DNA of 64,000 nt from Phoronis australis (Eukaryota > Animalia > Phoronida): assembly GCA_002633005.1 (NCBI GenBank), contig NMRA01000646.1:62001-126000 (forward strand), given 5' to 3'. The position numbers and the translations under genes are program-made. Of this stretch, positions 52,401 to 64,000 are shown piece by piece (within the stretch, counting starts at the first letter, position 1; the number at the start of each line of letters is the position of its first letter). The notes beneath the pieces were generated by a model, which was not told where the DNA came from, made no database searches, and worked only from the letters and a program-made list of their open reading frames with translations.

Positions 52401-55400
52401 AGCGGCATTTGTCTGAAATGAAAGTAGACAAATTTATAAATGTTTACAGTTTTGTCTTCCAGTGTTTCCAAATATTTGAAAAATAAAATTAATAATAAAT
52501 CAATCATAATCGGCTGTGGCGATCAGATTTTTTGATGTAAAACAAACAAGATTGTTACCTCTCACCAATAACTACTCGGCCACTACACAGCTGAAATACG
52601 CCGACTATCATCAATTGAAAATCGAATCGTCGAGTGCTCAGTGTTCTGTGGGCCAGCTCTCTGGATAGCGAGTTGTTGTATGTTTGTCTTGTGGAATAAT
52701 ACTAAACGAGAAGACTCGGTCGATCGACTAAGATAATCGGTACGAAACCAGTTGTGTGTAACGCGGCGATAGTATATTGATGGGAGTGACACGCCGGAGG
52801 CCGCTGGGCGGAGGTTTCGCAGTTCAATAAAGATGAAATACAACCTTTCCTAATTAATATTGTAAAATAAATTTTACTTGGATTGAATGGATTTGAAGCC
52901 CAACCCGGTGGCTTTATTTCCTGTCAATGTGTGGTACGAAAGCTACCCTTCTTGGGTGATATTTGTGCTAGAGTTTTTCACGGTATAAAATACACAGGTG
53001 CGCATAAACATCCAATGCTTTGACGATAATTCATTGATCTCACTTATCTGATGGAAAATTGAAATACCTTACTGGATGAAATTGTCACCAACTAGGTTGT
53101 TTACAAATTAGTGTCTTCGGGACATATGTCCAACATAAATAAATGTTACAAAAAATCATACTGTGCCAGTCGCATGACAGCCTGGGACAGCACTCTCCGT
53201 CCACTTTTTTCAGTCGACAGTCCTGTGGAATGTGAGTGTACTGCGTGCATCTATGGGCGAAAAGTAAAAAAATTGTAGTTTAGCCGACACCTTGAAAATT
53301 CTTTATTTGTCGTCATGCACAGCTATTTTCTGGAAACGTTACAAGTAGCTGTGTAGTCATTATCAATCGGGACAGAAGATTGAACGCCTTCTCCCCTTCT
53401 AGCTCCACCGTTGTTACCAATCGTGAACCCTCAACCTTATCGCCAATATTTTCTTGTTGTCCCATTTCTCTGAGTCGCCTCCAATTTCAATTTTACGCCA
53501 CCAGCCCCCTATCGCCGCTACACTATCTCTGGGTATCGATGTGGACTGTCGCCACCCTCCTCACGTTCCCTGTTGCCACACCGTTGTATGTAATGTGGTA
53601 TTTATGGAACCAGGAATTATTTTCATAATTACGTGCTCTAATGACCTTAATTTTGAACGTATTGAATAAAAGGATGCGTGCAATCTTGTGCGATATTCAA
53701 GTTATGTCGATCAGGCGTGAATTTTCATTATCACAATAACAACTTAGGGACTCCCCTTTCACGGCCGTTCATAAAACCAAGGTCGTGAGACTGCTTTCAA
53801 CTGCTAACCAATTAAAATGAGTTCGCCCTAAAAGAAATTGTGAAAAAGAGTATTTTTTTTCTGACTTATCTACCCATCTCAAACAATTGAGGGTAAGGTG
53901 ACTTGGGGATTTTAAGGACCGCCTTACCGTGACTGACAAACGCTAGCGTTCATAGCGGCTGACGTACAGTAGCATCGTCTTTCGCAGTCCGGGTTCCAGT
54001 ATTCTCCCGCTTTGTATTTTTGGCCGTCGTATTCGCATTCGGTCCAGTTGTCAACTGAAAAGAAAGGTTGATTATATCCCAACATATTTTAGTCTCTCAA
54101 GACCAGTAACAATTGGCTTCAACGAACTTTTGAAACATTTTCATTATTTATCCAGATATCAAAATATGCCATAATAACAGTTATTAAATCACCATTTTCC
54201 GTCTTTGGTATCCTCCGTGCTTGAAATTCGTTTTCTTCAATTTTAGGGCTAAACATGAAGTTCGGTCACACCCCGAGACTTATGCATTTGAAAAAAAAAA
54301 TATAGTTAGTAGGAAACTGCTGATAGTAGAACATTGTTCCGAGTTCATTGTAATCAATATATTAACAGAATCTTCAGCAGCTAAGAAAGATTTTCCGAGA
54401 CCATTGAAGCTACTCGGCAGCACCAATCATTCAAAAATGGAAGCATATACTCACGTGCAACTGCGGACGCTATGAAAAGCAAGGGAAAAATGAATTCGTA
54501 GCGTAACATATTGATAGCACCGTGTAAGTAATAGTGTCTCGGACTAGTAGGGGGTTCAATTCTTATATCGTGAGTTTAATACTCGTACTCAGGTGACGAC
54601 ACTGGTAATATTCCCAGGCTGATACGATACCTGGATATTACACGAATTCGCGTGCGTGTCAGTGTATTTTTTGCAGAATTATGTCTGACGTTGCTGACAC
54701 ATTAAGGACAAACTTCGTTGCGCACAACCGTGTTGCAAAATCATGGAATTGTTCACGCTTTATGCTCATATTGCCAAAATACCTGTCAAGTTAAATTACT
54801 TGTTTGGCAACTAACGTTGTGAGTTGTATCACTTATACCGTGTCATCTTGTTCCTTCCACAAGGGCTGGGACAAATTCAGACGCGAGTTCAGGAGGTCTC
54901 GCGCGCTCATGAGTGAAAAGCTCACTATGGAGATAACGTGCTCTCGCGATATCTCGCGAAAACTTAAGTGAACACAAGAAATCAGCTATCACTACGAGAA
55001 CGTACCCCAAATGTAGTGAAAAAATTACCAGGTCATAACTTCTGAATTGTGACAAATTGGGTCAGCATTGCTGGCTCAAATTGATAACAAATTGCCACAA
55101 TTAGTGCGCGTGTCAGTTTGAACCGGCAATGCAAACTCGAATTACACTGTTTCTCCACGTATAACTGGCGTCAAACGGGTTGTGAAAATCTGGAATTCCC
55201 AGTCAGCAAGTGATCAGTTTCTCCGTGACCGAACAAAATCCTTAGCCAGGCTTTCTGGCTTTGAAAAAACACATCTTACTAAAAAAACTAGCAAGTATAA
55301 AAGTTCAAGTGACTTAAGATTCGCTGGCCCGAATCGTCAGCCTGGAATCTGAAATGACGGCTCATAGAGCCAAACATTTCCAAAATCGCCAGGCAGTTTG

Positions 55401-58400
55401 TTGAGACACACACTCGATTACTTGCAGGCAATGTCTCGTGATCGAGTGGGCGGAGTCATAGTCAACTTACCAACTGATGGATTGTTTGAGAGCTTTTCAA
55501 GAACGTCAATTTTCATGAACACTTTGCTCGCCTACAGTCTCGATGATTTAGAAGGGTGTGTATTTCAGGTATGCATTTTCCGGTACAATATTTTTAGTGC
55601 TTAGTTTTGGGCTGATGCCCCACAAAGTTATTTGATGTACATATAACGTGATTTTTACTTCGCAGATGCCATGTGAGAAAAAATTTTATCGTCGGCCTTC
55701 GAAAAATAAAACAGGCAAGTAGTAACTGTCGTGCGAAATTATCGAATAATTACCGTACTGCACGAATGTGTAACGACTGAGTATGAATATTTAAAGCTAC
55801 CTTTCGCACTGTTCAGTTGGCTACAAAACGAAAATCAAATTAGACCTTCTCCAATCTTAAAATCGGTCACGTGATATTCCGAAACTAACCACGACTCTAC
55901 AAACCACTAAAGAGTTTATTTGGGATGGCAGGCCCTGCAATGGCGACTTCAGAATGGCGCACATACGCAGTACCTGTGGCTTGAGTTGCCGGTTTATTCC
56001 ACAAAAAGTGAGGAGCGGATTGGTGCGGTAATGTTTTTACATACCAAAGTGCTTTGGTGCAGAATTTGACATTGACAAACCAGATGTAAAATGCCCTTTT
56101 AATTCAATTAGTATAGAAAATAGGACAGTTGATTAGTTTCAAACTTTCCATTTTCCGAATTCTATCCTCGCTTTCGCAAAGAATTTTCGCCATATCAAAG
56201 TAAAAAGTCATTTATTCAAATCTAGTGAGTGTCATTTGTATGATGTCTGTGTATTGTTCCGATAGAACGCGAGTTTGTAGTCACTTAAAAAAGTTCAGTT
56301 GGTACACTGTTCGTCATTTTTCCTTTCACTTTTTGCTGGTTGAAAAAATAAAAACAAAATATTTTTATTTTTCTTGGCTCAAGAGATATTGATAAATCAT
56401 ATCTTTTCATACAACAAAAAATGAAAGGAAAAGAAGATAAAAGGTGGCCTACTGAAATCTGCTTAACACGACCGCAAACCCTGTTTCTATGTAGAAAATA
56501 ATTTCCGTTTAGACCATCTGCTGTTACAAAATTAGTAGTGCACGAACGTTGCCATTCTCACCAATACTCAGACAGTACTAAAATTGACGCACGCGCCAAC
56601 CCTCGTGTCACTTGTCAAGTGGGCGCATATAAGAAATCGTAGAAGGGCTCAACCACACTTTTCGAAGGACACAATGTCCGCGTAGCCCCTCAAACGTTTT
56701 TGGTTGCTGCCGTTACTTGCTCATGCATTTATGATCGCTTATATTTTCACGTCACGTGGGTTATTGTTATTTTTCAATGCTTTATTAATGACCACGCAAA
56801 TTTTAATCGGTCTCAGCATTTTAGGCAAAAATGTGTTCCAGTTATTGTCAAAGTCTAATAGTCCGAAACTTCATACATTAGCAATTTGTCTGCGTCAGTA
56901 TTGCAACTTAAGTAATTTGGTTGGCTTGCATTCCTAATAAGTTGGCTCAATATAGTTAAGTCACAAAACTCGACTTTTGGGCAAAACCATTGATGAGATT
57001 GTTTCAACCAGTGCATCGTGTTTCATGACAAAAATCATAGAATGCATTTATTCAATAAATATGAACCAATGGCGTTGCAATATCTCAGTGGAGTTGGATT
57101 TCGCGACTGTAGCTTTCAATCGCGATGCATAACTATTGGTGCAAGTCATACAATCTCCTGCACATCTATGGTATAAACAAACAACTGTTATTCGTGAACA
57201 AGTTTCAAAGCACCCTCTAGCCGTCAGTGCAGTCTCATTTATCAGATTGGTTATCTTAACTTTCTTGTACATGTGTACCTGCTGGGCGGGTAACTTTCGG
57301 TTATCTCAACTTTATCAAAATGGACTACAGTGCGACTGCGTTATTAATGCCACAAAAAACTCTAAAAAAATTCCACGGCATGTCGCGTTTTTTGATTGCC
57401 GATTAATTTCACTGACTTTATCATCGTCAGCCATCATCTTCACCATTATCATCGTTATCATTATCACCTTCATCCCAGCTCTCGTCAATTTAATGCAGTT
57501 GCAATTAAGTCACTGCAGCGCTAATCATATACACTGTAGGACTAGCCGAAATCGTAAACTTCAAACTGGAGTCACCGACAAGTTACGTTATAGCGATAAA
57601 TCTTTCCGATGAAGCAGTCAGTCAGCTTTATTCGGTCCGAACACTAACTATCCTTGAAACAATGGTTTTCAAAGGTGGCGCTGCCTGCACATAAACATAA
57701 AGACTTGCCATACGGATATCAGATGTGGTAGGTCACGGCCTCAACGATGTGTGTGACCTTGGAATTCCACATATTCTTATGATCACGTATGCATGAACGT
57801 GGACTTAAATAATCAATAAAGTAAAATTAAGTGAACATTTTTGTTTATTATAAAAAACTCACTGGCCTCACGATCACCCATTTTCTTCTTTGCCGGAACT
57901 TGTGTCACAGAATCGGAGGAATATGAAAATGTTTAATCAAATATCGTTTGATTAATAAGACCCGTCCGCCAATAGTTCAGAAACAAAACAAAAACAATGC
58001 AATGCATTTTTTTCAACGTGAACGTGATTATTTGAGTGAACTTCCCAAGTTTCCCAGGGTATTCAAGTTCACGCAAACGTACGCGATCTTTAGATAAAGC
58101 AGAATTCAAGCACAGTCACTGCATGTCGACTGAAGGCGGTCTCCGATATCAATTTTATGTCCTATGTCAATGAAAAAGTACGTTGTATAGTTGAACATTC
58201 TTTTATCAGGATTACCTGACAGCACAATGTCTAGAAACACTCCCTTGATTTTACTATCTGCCATTCCCCGCCAGTCGGGGCATTGATAGAGGAACACTGT
58301 TGACGTCACATGACCGCTTTTTGTAATCATGGGACAGCGTCTCGAATTCCTCTTGAACTTTCACTCCACTCTCCACAGGGTGTGCCACATGCCACATTTT

Positions 58401-59024
58401 GTGTTCAGGACCCGTACACCTGAACTTGCTCGAGGAAACTGTTGGGAATTAGGTTTTCATGTGCATTCTGAAACAAAAAAAAAATCAAATTACCTTTTAC
58501 GAGCATCTCTCCTCATAAGGGCGTTATTCCATTGACTATTTTTCTAATTAGTACATTTCCACTGATATGGACCGAACCACGTTAGTTAATTACCGTCCAC
58601 TGATTGTGAAATAATTTTAGTTCTTTTTCCAGCATGCATGTAAACGTATTTGAGCACATGTAGCCTGTGTCTAGAGTTTAAAACGGATTTTTTTTCTTGA
58701 TCGCGTTTTAACGGCTAATGGGGAAACCTACACTCGGCAACTAGTCGTCTCGGCACTTATATGGGTGTCTGGTAATTAGTAAACATTATGCAATAAATAG
58801 ATCACAAACAGTTGAAGAGTAAAATTTTCTGGCATGCTCTTAGCGCAAAAAAATGCAAATACCCGTGAAAGCGGACTTCGGACAGATCTTGGCGATAGGA
58901 AAGACGATTATCACACAACGAGAGATACTGCCTTACTTTATTGGCGCATAACAGGTGTGACACCTGAATGAATTGAAACTGTGCCAAAATTTTGTAATAG
59001 CCAGTCGTTAGTGATTACAATTAT

Positions 59025-59210
59025 TTGTCATCATCATCATCATCGTCGTCGGCGTCATTGTCGTCATCATCAGTAGTATTGTTGTTATTATTATTCTCGT
59101 TGCTGTTATTAGTATTATCAATGTTATTGCTCTTATTGATGTGGTTGTTTTTGTTTTTCTTACCATCATTATTTATTGTTATTGTTATTTCCTTATTATT
59201 ACTATCAAAA
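59025..59210. repeat. Degenerate trinucleotide low-complexity tract (TCA/TCG/TTA/TTG)
   Basis: Directly visible; explains the poly-S/poly-L pseudo-ORF. Confidence 0.85.
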
Positions 59211-59404
59211 TTTCTTTATCTTCAGTGAATGAAAACTAGTGGGTAATAAGAGAGCCCAGAATTGAAATAGGTACATCCGGGTCTGCGAGTTCTAGGAATT
59301 GACCAAAATTGATAATATCGTACTCCAACGGAATCTTTCTCATTCTTGGTGTGTCCTGGTTTGTGAAAGAACAAAGCTACAAAAGTTATTCCTACGAATC
59401 CACC

Positions 59405-59610
59405 ACTCGGCCCCCTGACACCAGACCACATCCTACAGAACTGGCCTACATCTGACACCCTGAGGCGCCAGACATGGCCCAGTCTGGTAGAGCTCCAAAA
59501 AATCATGGGGCCCGACAGCGTCACTCCGACGAACGGCAGACTTTGCCCAGAAGGATCGGACCGAACATTTTAACTGCATGGCCGGGAAACGCATAAGAAG
59601 AAGAAGAAGG
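59405..59610 (+). mobile_element. 3' end of a non-LTR retrotransposon (I-group, Ingi/Nimb-like) with (AGA)n tail
   Basis: Decayed reading PLTPDHILQNWPTSDTLRRQTWPS...(frameshift)WGPTASLRRTADFA resembles the terminal zinc-knuckle remnant (HILxxC) of I-group LINEs; followed by AAGAAGAAGAAGAAG. Confidence 0.65.
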
Positions 59611-60170
59611 TCTCTTATGCAACGCATGACACTGTAATACAACTATGTAATCTTTGCCAAGTCAAATCAAGCCGCGTCTCCCCCCATACCGTTGGGTCAC
59701 TTGTGCAAGGATAGGGTCTGGAAATAAATACTCACGTTTACTGCATTAATAAACATGGTTCTCTTTTCAATATCAACAGCTTGAACATGGTACGAGCTGT
59801 ATTTATCGAAATCTACATCACCGAAGCAAACAAGCATTAGCGCCGTAACAAACACATTTTTTCCACCACTTTTCTCACGCTAATTTTGTTTGAGAGTAGA
59901 CCCGAAATGAAACACAAAATAGTTATTTTTCTACATTTCTAATAACGATTTCTCCTAACTTCTTTCATTTCCATTGTTCTGCAGTTTTGATTTTTTAGAA
60001 AAAGACAATCTGAGACATTTTTGTATAGGCTTACATCAAAAGTCTTTCGCCGACTTCAGAACTTTTCTCTTCTAAGAAATTTTGTTGTAATTAATTTCTC
60101 GATTAGATTAATTTCTTAATAAATTGTTTAACTCGAAATAGAAAAGTAACGTATAGTTGTCGCGTGCGAT

Positions 60171-60303
60171 CCAATAAAAAGGTCAACAATTCAATGAACA
60201 AATAAACGGGGACCCCAGCGTCGAGTGATTCCTATTGGTTTCTTGGGCGAGCAGCAGTCAGAGAGATAATGGCACGTCATTATCAAGATCAGCAACATAT
60301 AAA
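60171..60303 (+). promoter_or_regulatory. Putative TATA/CCAAT promoter of the C-type lectin gene
   Basis: CCAAT at 60171, ATTGG at 60234, TATAAA at 60298-60303, about 55 nt before ATG 60358. Confidence 0.55.
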
Positions 60304-60357
60304 GACAAGATGTGCCTATCATCTTCAGAAGTCAAGCAAGAGCGGCCTGAGTAAATC

Positions 60358-63300
60358 ATGGCCCGACTCGCGACCGCCCTGATCCTGGCGGCGATTGGGC
60401 TGACTAGTGCAGCCGCAGGTAATAATTTGCATGTTTTGTTGTTTAAACATAATGCTGAAGGCTGGAGGACGGAGCGGTAGACGAACCAAAGCAAAAATTT
60501 TAAGAGATTCAATTTCTTTGGTTGAACTTTTGTTCTCGCAAGAAGAATGCATTAACAGGAATTCTGCAAAAAATCGGCCATTGTGATAGTCGTATTATCT
60601 ATTCAATCATTATTGGTTGTTATGTCGCGCGTCAGCAACTTCCTCAGGCTGGAGTATGATACCTCATCAGCTGCTAGTGATAGATTTTTTCTACCTGGTT
60701 CAAAATAGCATAAGCCTTTTACCAATGACTAAACACCCACTTACAAGGGGTGGAAAACAACTTTTACCTCAGCTGAGCACCCTGATCAAACACTGCAAAA
60801 ATCCTTACCACTTGGACAAAAATCTGTAACAAAGAATTTGAACTTTATCCACACCCACAATTAGGCGCTCTTACAGCAGACGAATCCATTACCTAGGTTC
60901 CTTTTGTTGTGTTTTCGGCCAATTTCACTGAAAATTGCTTGTGGCGGTGCCTGGGAATGGTTAGAGTTCTGATTCAGCATTCAAGTTCTTTTGCGCATGG
61001 TACGAGTTTTTGCGGTGTGTGGTTAGGGTGGTTTCCTTGCTCTGCTTAGTTAAGCTGAATGAATTTAATCGTGTCGAATGGTATGTTATCTAACCCGTTG
61101 TCGCGTGGCTCATCTCTTGATAATTTCATCAAGATCAGTTATTGCACCTGGGATTTGTAGACTTTTTCAGCAGCTACGCAATCAAAACGTTTTGACTAAC
61201 TTTGGTTCATTGGATTCAAACGAAACTTTCAGATACTGTACTTTATACAAAATTCAGTCCAAAAGCGATTTTAGGAATTTTTTTTAAAGTTTTTCAATTT
61301 GGAGTGAGGGTTATCAAATCTGGAACTTTCAGAGTTGTTTTGAAAAAATTAAAAGTTGTACAAAACGAAAATAAAAAGATAATTTAAAAAAATGCAGCAG
61401 CGTTTTGGAGATTTCACATTGAACATTCATAGCAATCTAATTTAGTCTTGTTACCGTTGTTTTTATGATTATACTTTTCGCTTTTCTTAATTTTGTGAAT
61501 TTGTGTAAAGTCAAAAATCACTATTCTTCAAGCTTTCTGCTTTCTAAGATATATACTTGCACGCGGTTGAATTATACAGTTGTATAGATATTTAGATAGA
61601 TGCAGGTAAGGGCCCACATAAACTTGAAGAGCCATTTCGGCGCTGTTTTGATGTGAATGTTGAATTCTTAACAAAAGCGCTTTGGGATTTAAAAACACGC
61701 TCATCCGATCTTGAATCGTATTGCCGAATGAGTCGGCAACTCAATGCGTGCACGCGCCATTTTCAAATACGCAAGCTTATGGTTGGCCAATTTGTACAAA
61801 CTTTCAGACAAGCTTTTTGTTGAGTCGCTGATGTTTCGATGTTCATATTCGTAACAGAAATGGAACCCTGTTGTGGTAGGGAATATCATGTGACCGATTT
61901 TGTGAGGTTAAAAGGCCTAAGTCGATCTTCGTTTTTAATACCCAATTAAATAGGGCCAAAAACAGCTTCAAGTTTTCCATTATATTGCTTTCAAAACTTG
62001 GTGTAAATGTGTTCAGTTAAACAGTGGGTTTACGAAGAAGTGAATGGCCAAACCTGAAATGATAAGCGATTTATGGACGTATGCTACAGTTTATTCTGTT
62101 CATAATGGCTTAAATACGCTGTCGTCCATTATCAGATCTAAAGTTATATTTTGTATGTATTTCGTTGCAGAAAGCAACGAAATCATGCTCTAAGGAGCCT
62201 CAGATGAAAGTAAAATCGTTTAGAAAAGGTCTTAAAATTTGTATGACGTCAATGAAAACGAAAAAAACCAACAGCTGATGATATGGCTTAAAACTGTGTG
62301 CATGGAAATAGAGTGATACGTAACGATGTGTTTACATGTTATCACCATGGCAACAGCACGTTTTTCAACGTTGTCAAGGGTTGTGCCAAATTCCATCTTA
62401 TGCCTACCCACCAGTCAAAATTAATTAGTCAACTGCGTGCCTTTCATTAAACTTTAATGATACCCACATGATAAAGTATCTTCCACTTAATTTCAAGATA
62501 GAGTATCTAAAAATATATAAACATGTAACTCGTTTTAGAAAAAAAATCACAGGTTATCTCGTTTAGTGCATGACTTCTAATTAGAAAGGACGAAAATTCC
62601 ACGATTCTGGCATATTATCCCCGTTACCTTGTGACCATACAACAAAAATAACACTTCGAGTGGTACAGAGTGCAGACGATCATGTTCTCGTCTGCTCATA
62701 AAATGAGTAAAATTGCGTGGTAACTAGGGTCAAAGATTACCAAGTATTAAATTGGATCAATTTAATGAGAGTTGAGTGCAGTGGATGAACGATGGATCAA
62801 TGGGTAATAACCCAAGGGGTTATGTAAATCTTTATGCAATGTGTTAATGGCAATAATATCTTTTAATGAATGACTTGACATCTCTGGATGTGAAGACAGG
62901 TTAATTTCTCCCCCTACTTACCGTGTTTGTGTATCCTAGGTCCGCGTGCCACCCTTTTTGGTGTGGAACTTTGCTCTCCAGGTGTTGAAACAAATTGAGC
63001 AATGACAAGCACGACTTAGATAAAAGTATTCTAAAAAATAATTAGCATTTAATTAATAATCTATTTATTTAATTAAGTTTTTATGCTGTTGATACCATAT
63101 GTCAGTCAAATGTGTGAATAGTATGTAATGATTACCTTCTTGTATTTTCTATTGCTTACTTGTATTTTATTGTATTGTATTGTATTGTACACTACGCTGG
63201 CTTTCAATTATGCGGCTTTTGCTTTTGAGAATCTCCGGCTTCTATGTACATCCAACTCTGTTTTTATTGTGTTTTACTTATTGCTATATAAATTAATAAA

Positions 63301-63898
63301 CGTGTAATCTCTCATTAATTTATACTGCTGTCTTTTTAGCTTTGAATTAATGTACTTAGTTAAATAATAGCTTACGGTTCAAAATTCGTATATTCTTTTG
63401 ATAAAAAAATTAGAAAGTGACACTACATTTTTTGCATATTTATTTATTTAATGAAAATCCATGTCTGTAATGTGTCGATCAATTCCTTTCAAAAAGTTGC
63501 TTCTTCAACCTTCTGGGGTCGACTTCATAAAAAAGAAAATATTTCGTGTCTTCCGTTTGATTTTTCAAAATAGAAAATCAATTTTTGATAAGCCATAAGA
63601 AGAAAATTTAATCGTTTGTTTTTTTTTGTTAATTCAGACCAATGGATCAGGTACAAGAAGAGCGAATACTTGTTTGTAAACCAGAAATCCACGTGGCGGG
63701 ACGCCCAAAGGTTCTGTTACAATAAAGGCGCTAATCTCGCTACGTTTGAGGACGCAAACGAGAATGCTTACATTGTGAAGGAAGTGAAGAGGCAGTTCCC
63801 CTCCGAGAACGACATGTACAACTTGTGGATGGGTCTTGACGATCAGGATGATGAAGGCAAATTTGTCAACATCCGGGGAGTTTCGCCATCATTCCAAG
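60358..63898 (+). CDS. Secreted C-type lectin domain protein, 5' part (continues past window)
   Basis: Signal-peptide exon 60358-60418 (MARLATALILAAIGLTSAAA, G|gtaata) joins in phase 1 to exon 63638-63898 (DQWIRYKKSEYLFVNQKSTWRDAQRFCYNKGANLATFEDANENAYI...LWMGLDDQDDEGKFV), a typical CTLD N-terminal half with a WMGL motif. Linkage of the two exons is inferred from phase. Confidence 0.85.
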
Positions 63899-64000
63899 GT
63901 ATGTCCGATGGCGCTTGTTAAATTTTGTTTCATACTTGAACGATCGTATTTAAGTCAAAAATGTCTCCACTTTGTGCCAACTATTTCAACCATTTCCACT

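Noticed and set aside
57136-57612. 158-aa ORF with a hydrophobic stretch
   Set aside because: Non-ATG start, hydrophobic part derives from an (ATC)n-like tract, and no recognisable domain or splice support.
59025-59228. Poly-Ser/Leu membrane-protein-like ORF
   Set aside because: Translation of a degenerate trinucleotide repeat.
1-64000. tRNA, rRNA or snRNA genes
   Set aside because: None recognised by eye; tRNAscan-SE or Infernal would be needed to exclude them.

Overview
AT-rich (roughly 36-38% GC), intron-rich animal genomic DNA with assembly gaps. It looks like a bilaterian marine invertebrate, but the taxon cannot be fixed from sequence alone. Splicing by hand, with reading phases checked at every junction, gives six protein-coding genes: DENND11/LCHN (-, 3' end outside the window), an SHCBP1/nessun dorma homolog (-), an unnamed secreted coiled-coil + Sushi/CCP gene (+) nested in an SHCBP1 intron, PSME3IP1/FAM192A (-, with a U12-type AT-AC intron), RABIF/MSS4 (+, head-to-head with PSME3IP1) and the 5' part of a secreted C-type lectin (+). 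The rest is introns and intergenic DNA with MITEs (hAT-like, Tc1/mariner-like, foldback, Helentron-associated) and LINE fragments. Main oddities: the nested antisense gene; two independent minisatellites that each amplify an SHCBP1 exon end plus its splice donor; the AT-AC intron; a ~2 kb tandem duplication of an SHCBP1 exon (probably two haplotypes) that exposes a polymorphic insertion; and a near-perfect foldback at the truncated end of an L1/Tx1 fragment. No prokaryote-type system is present.
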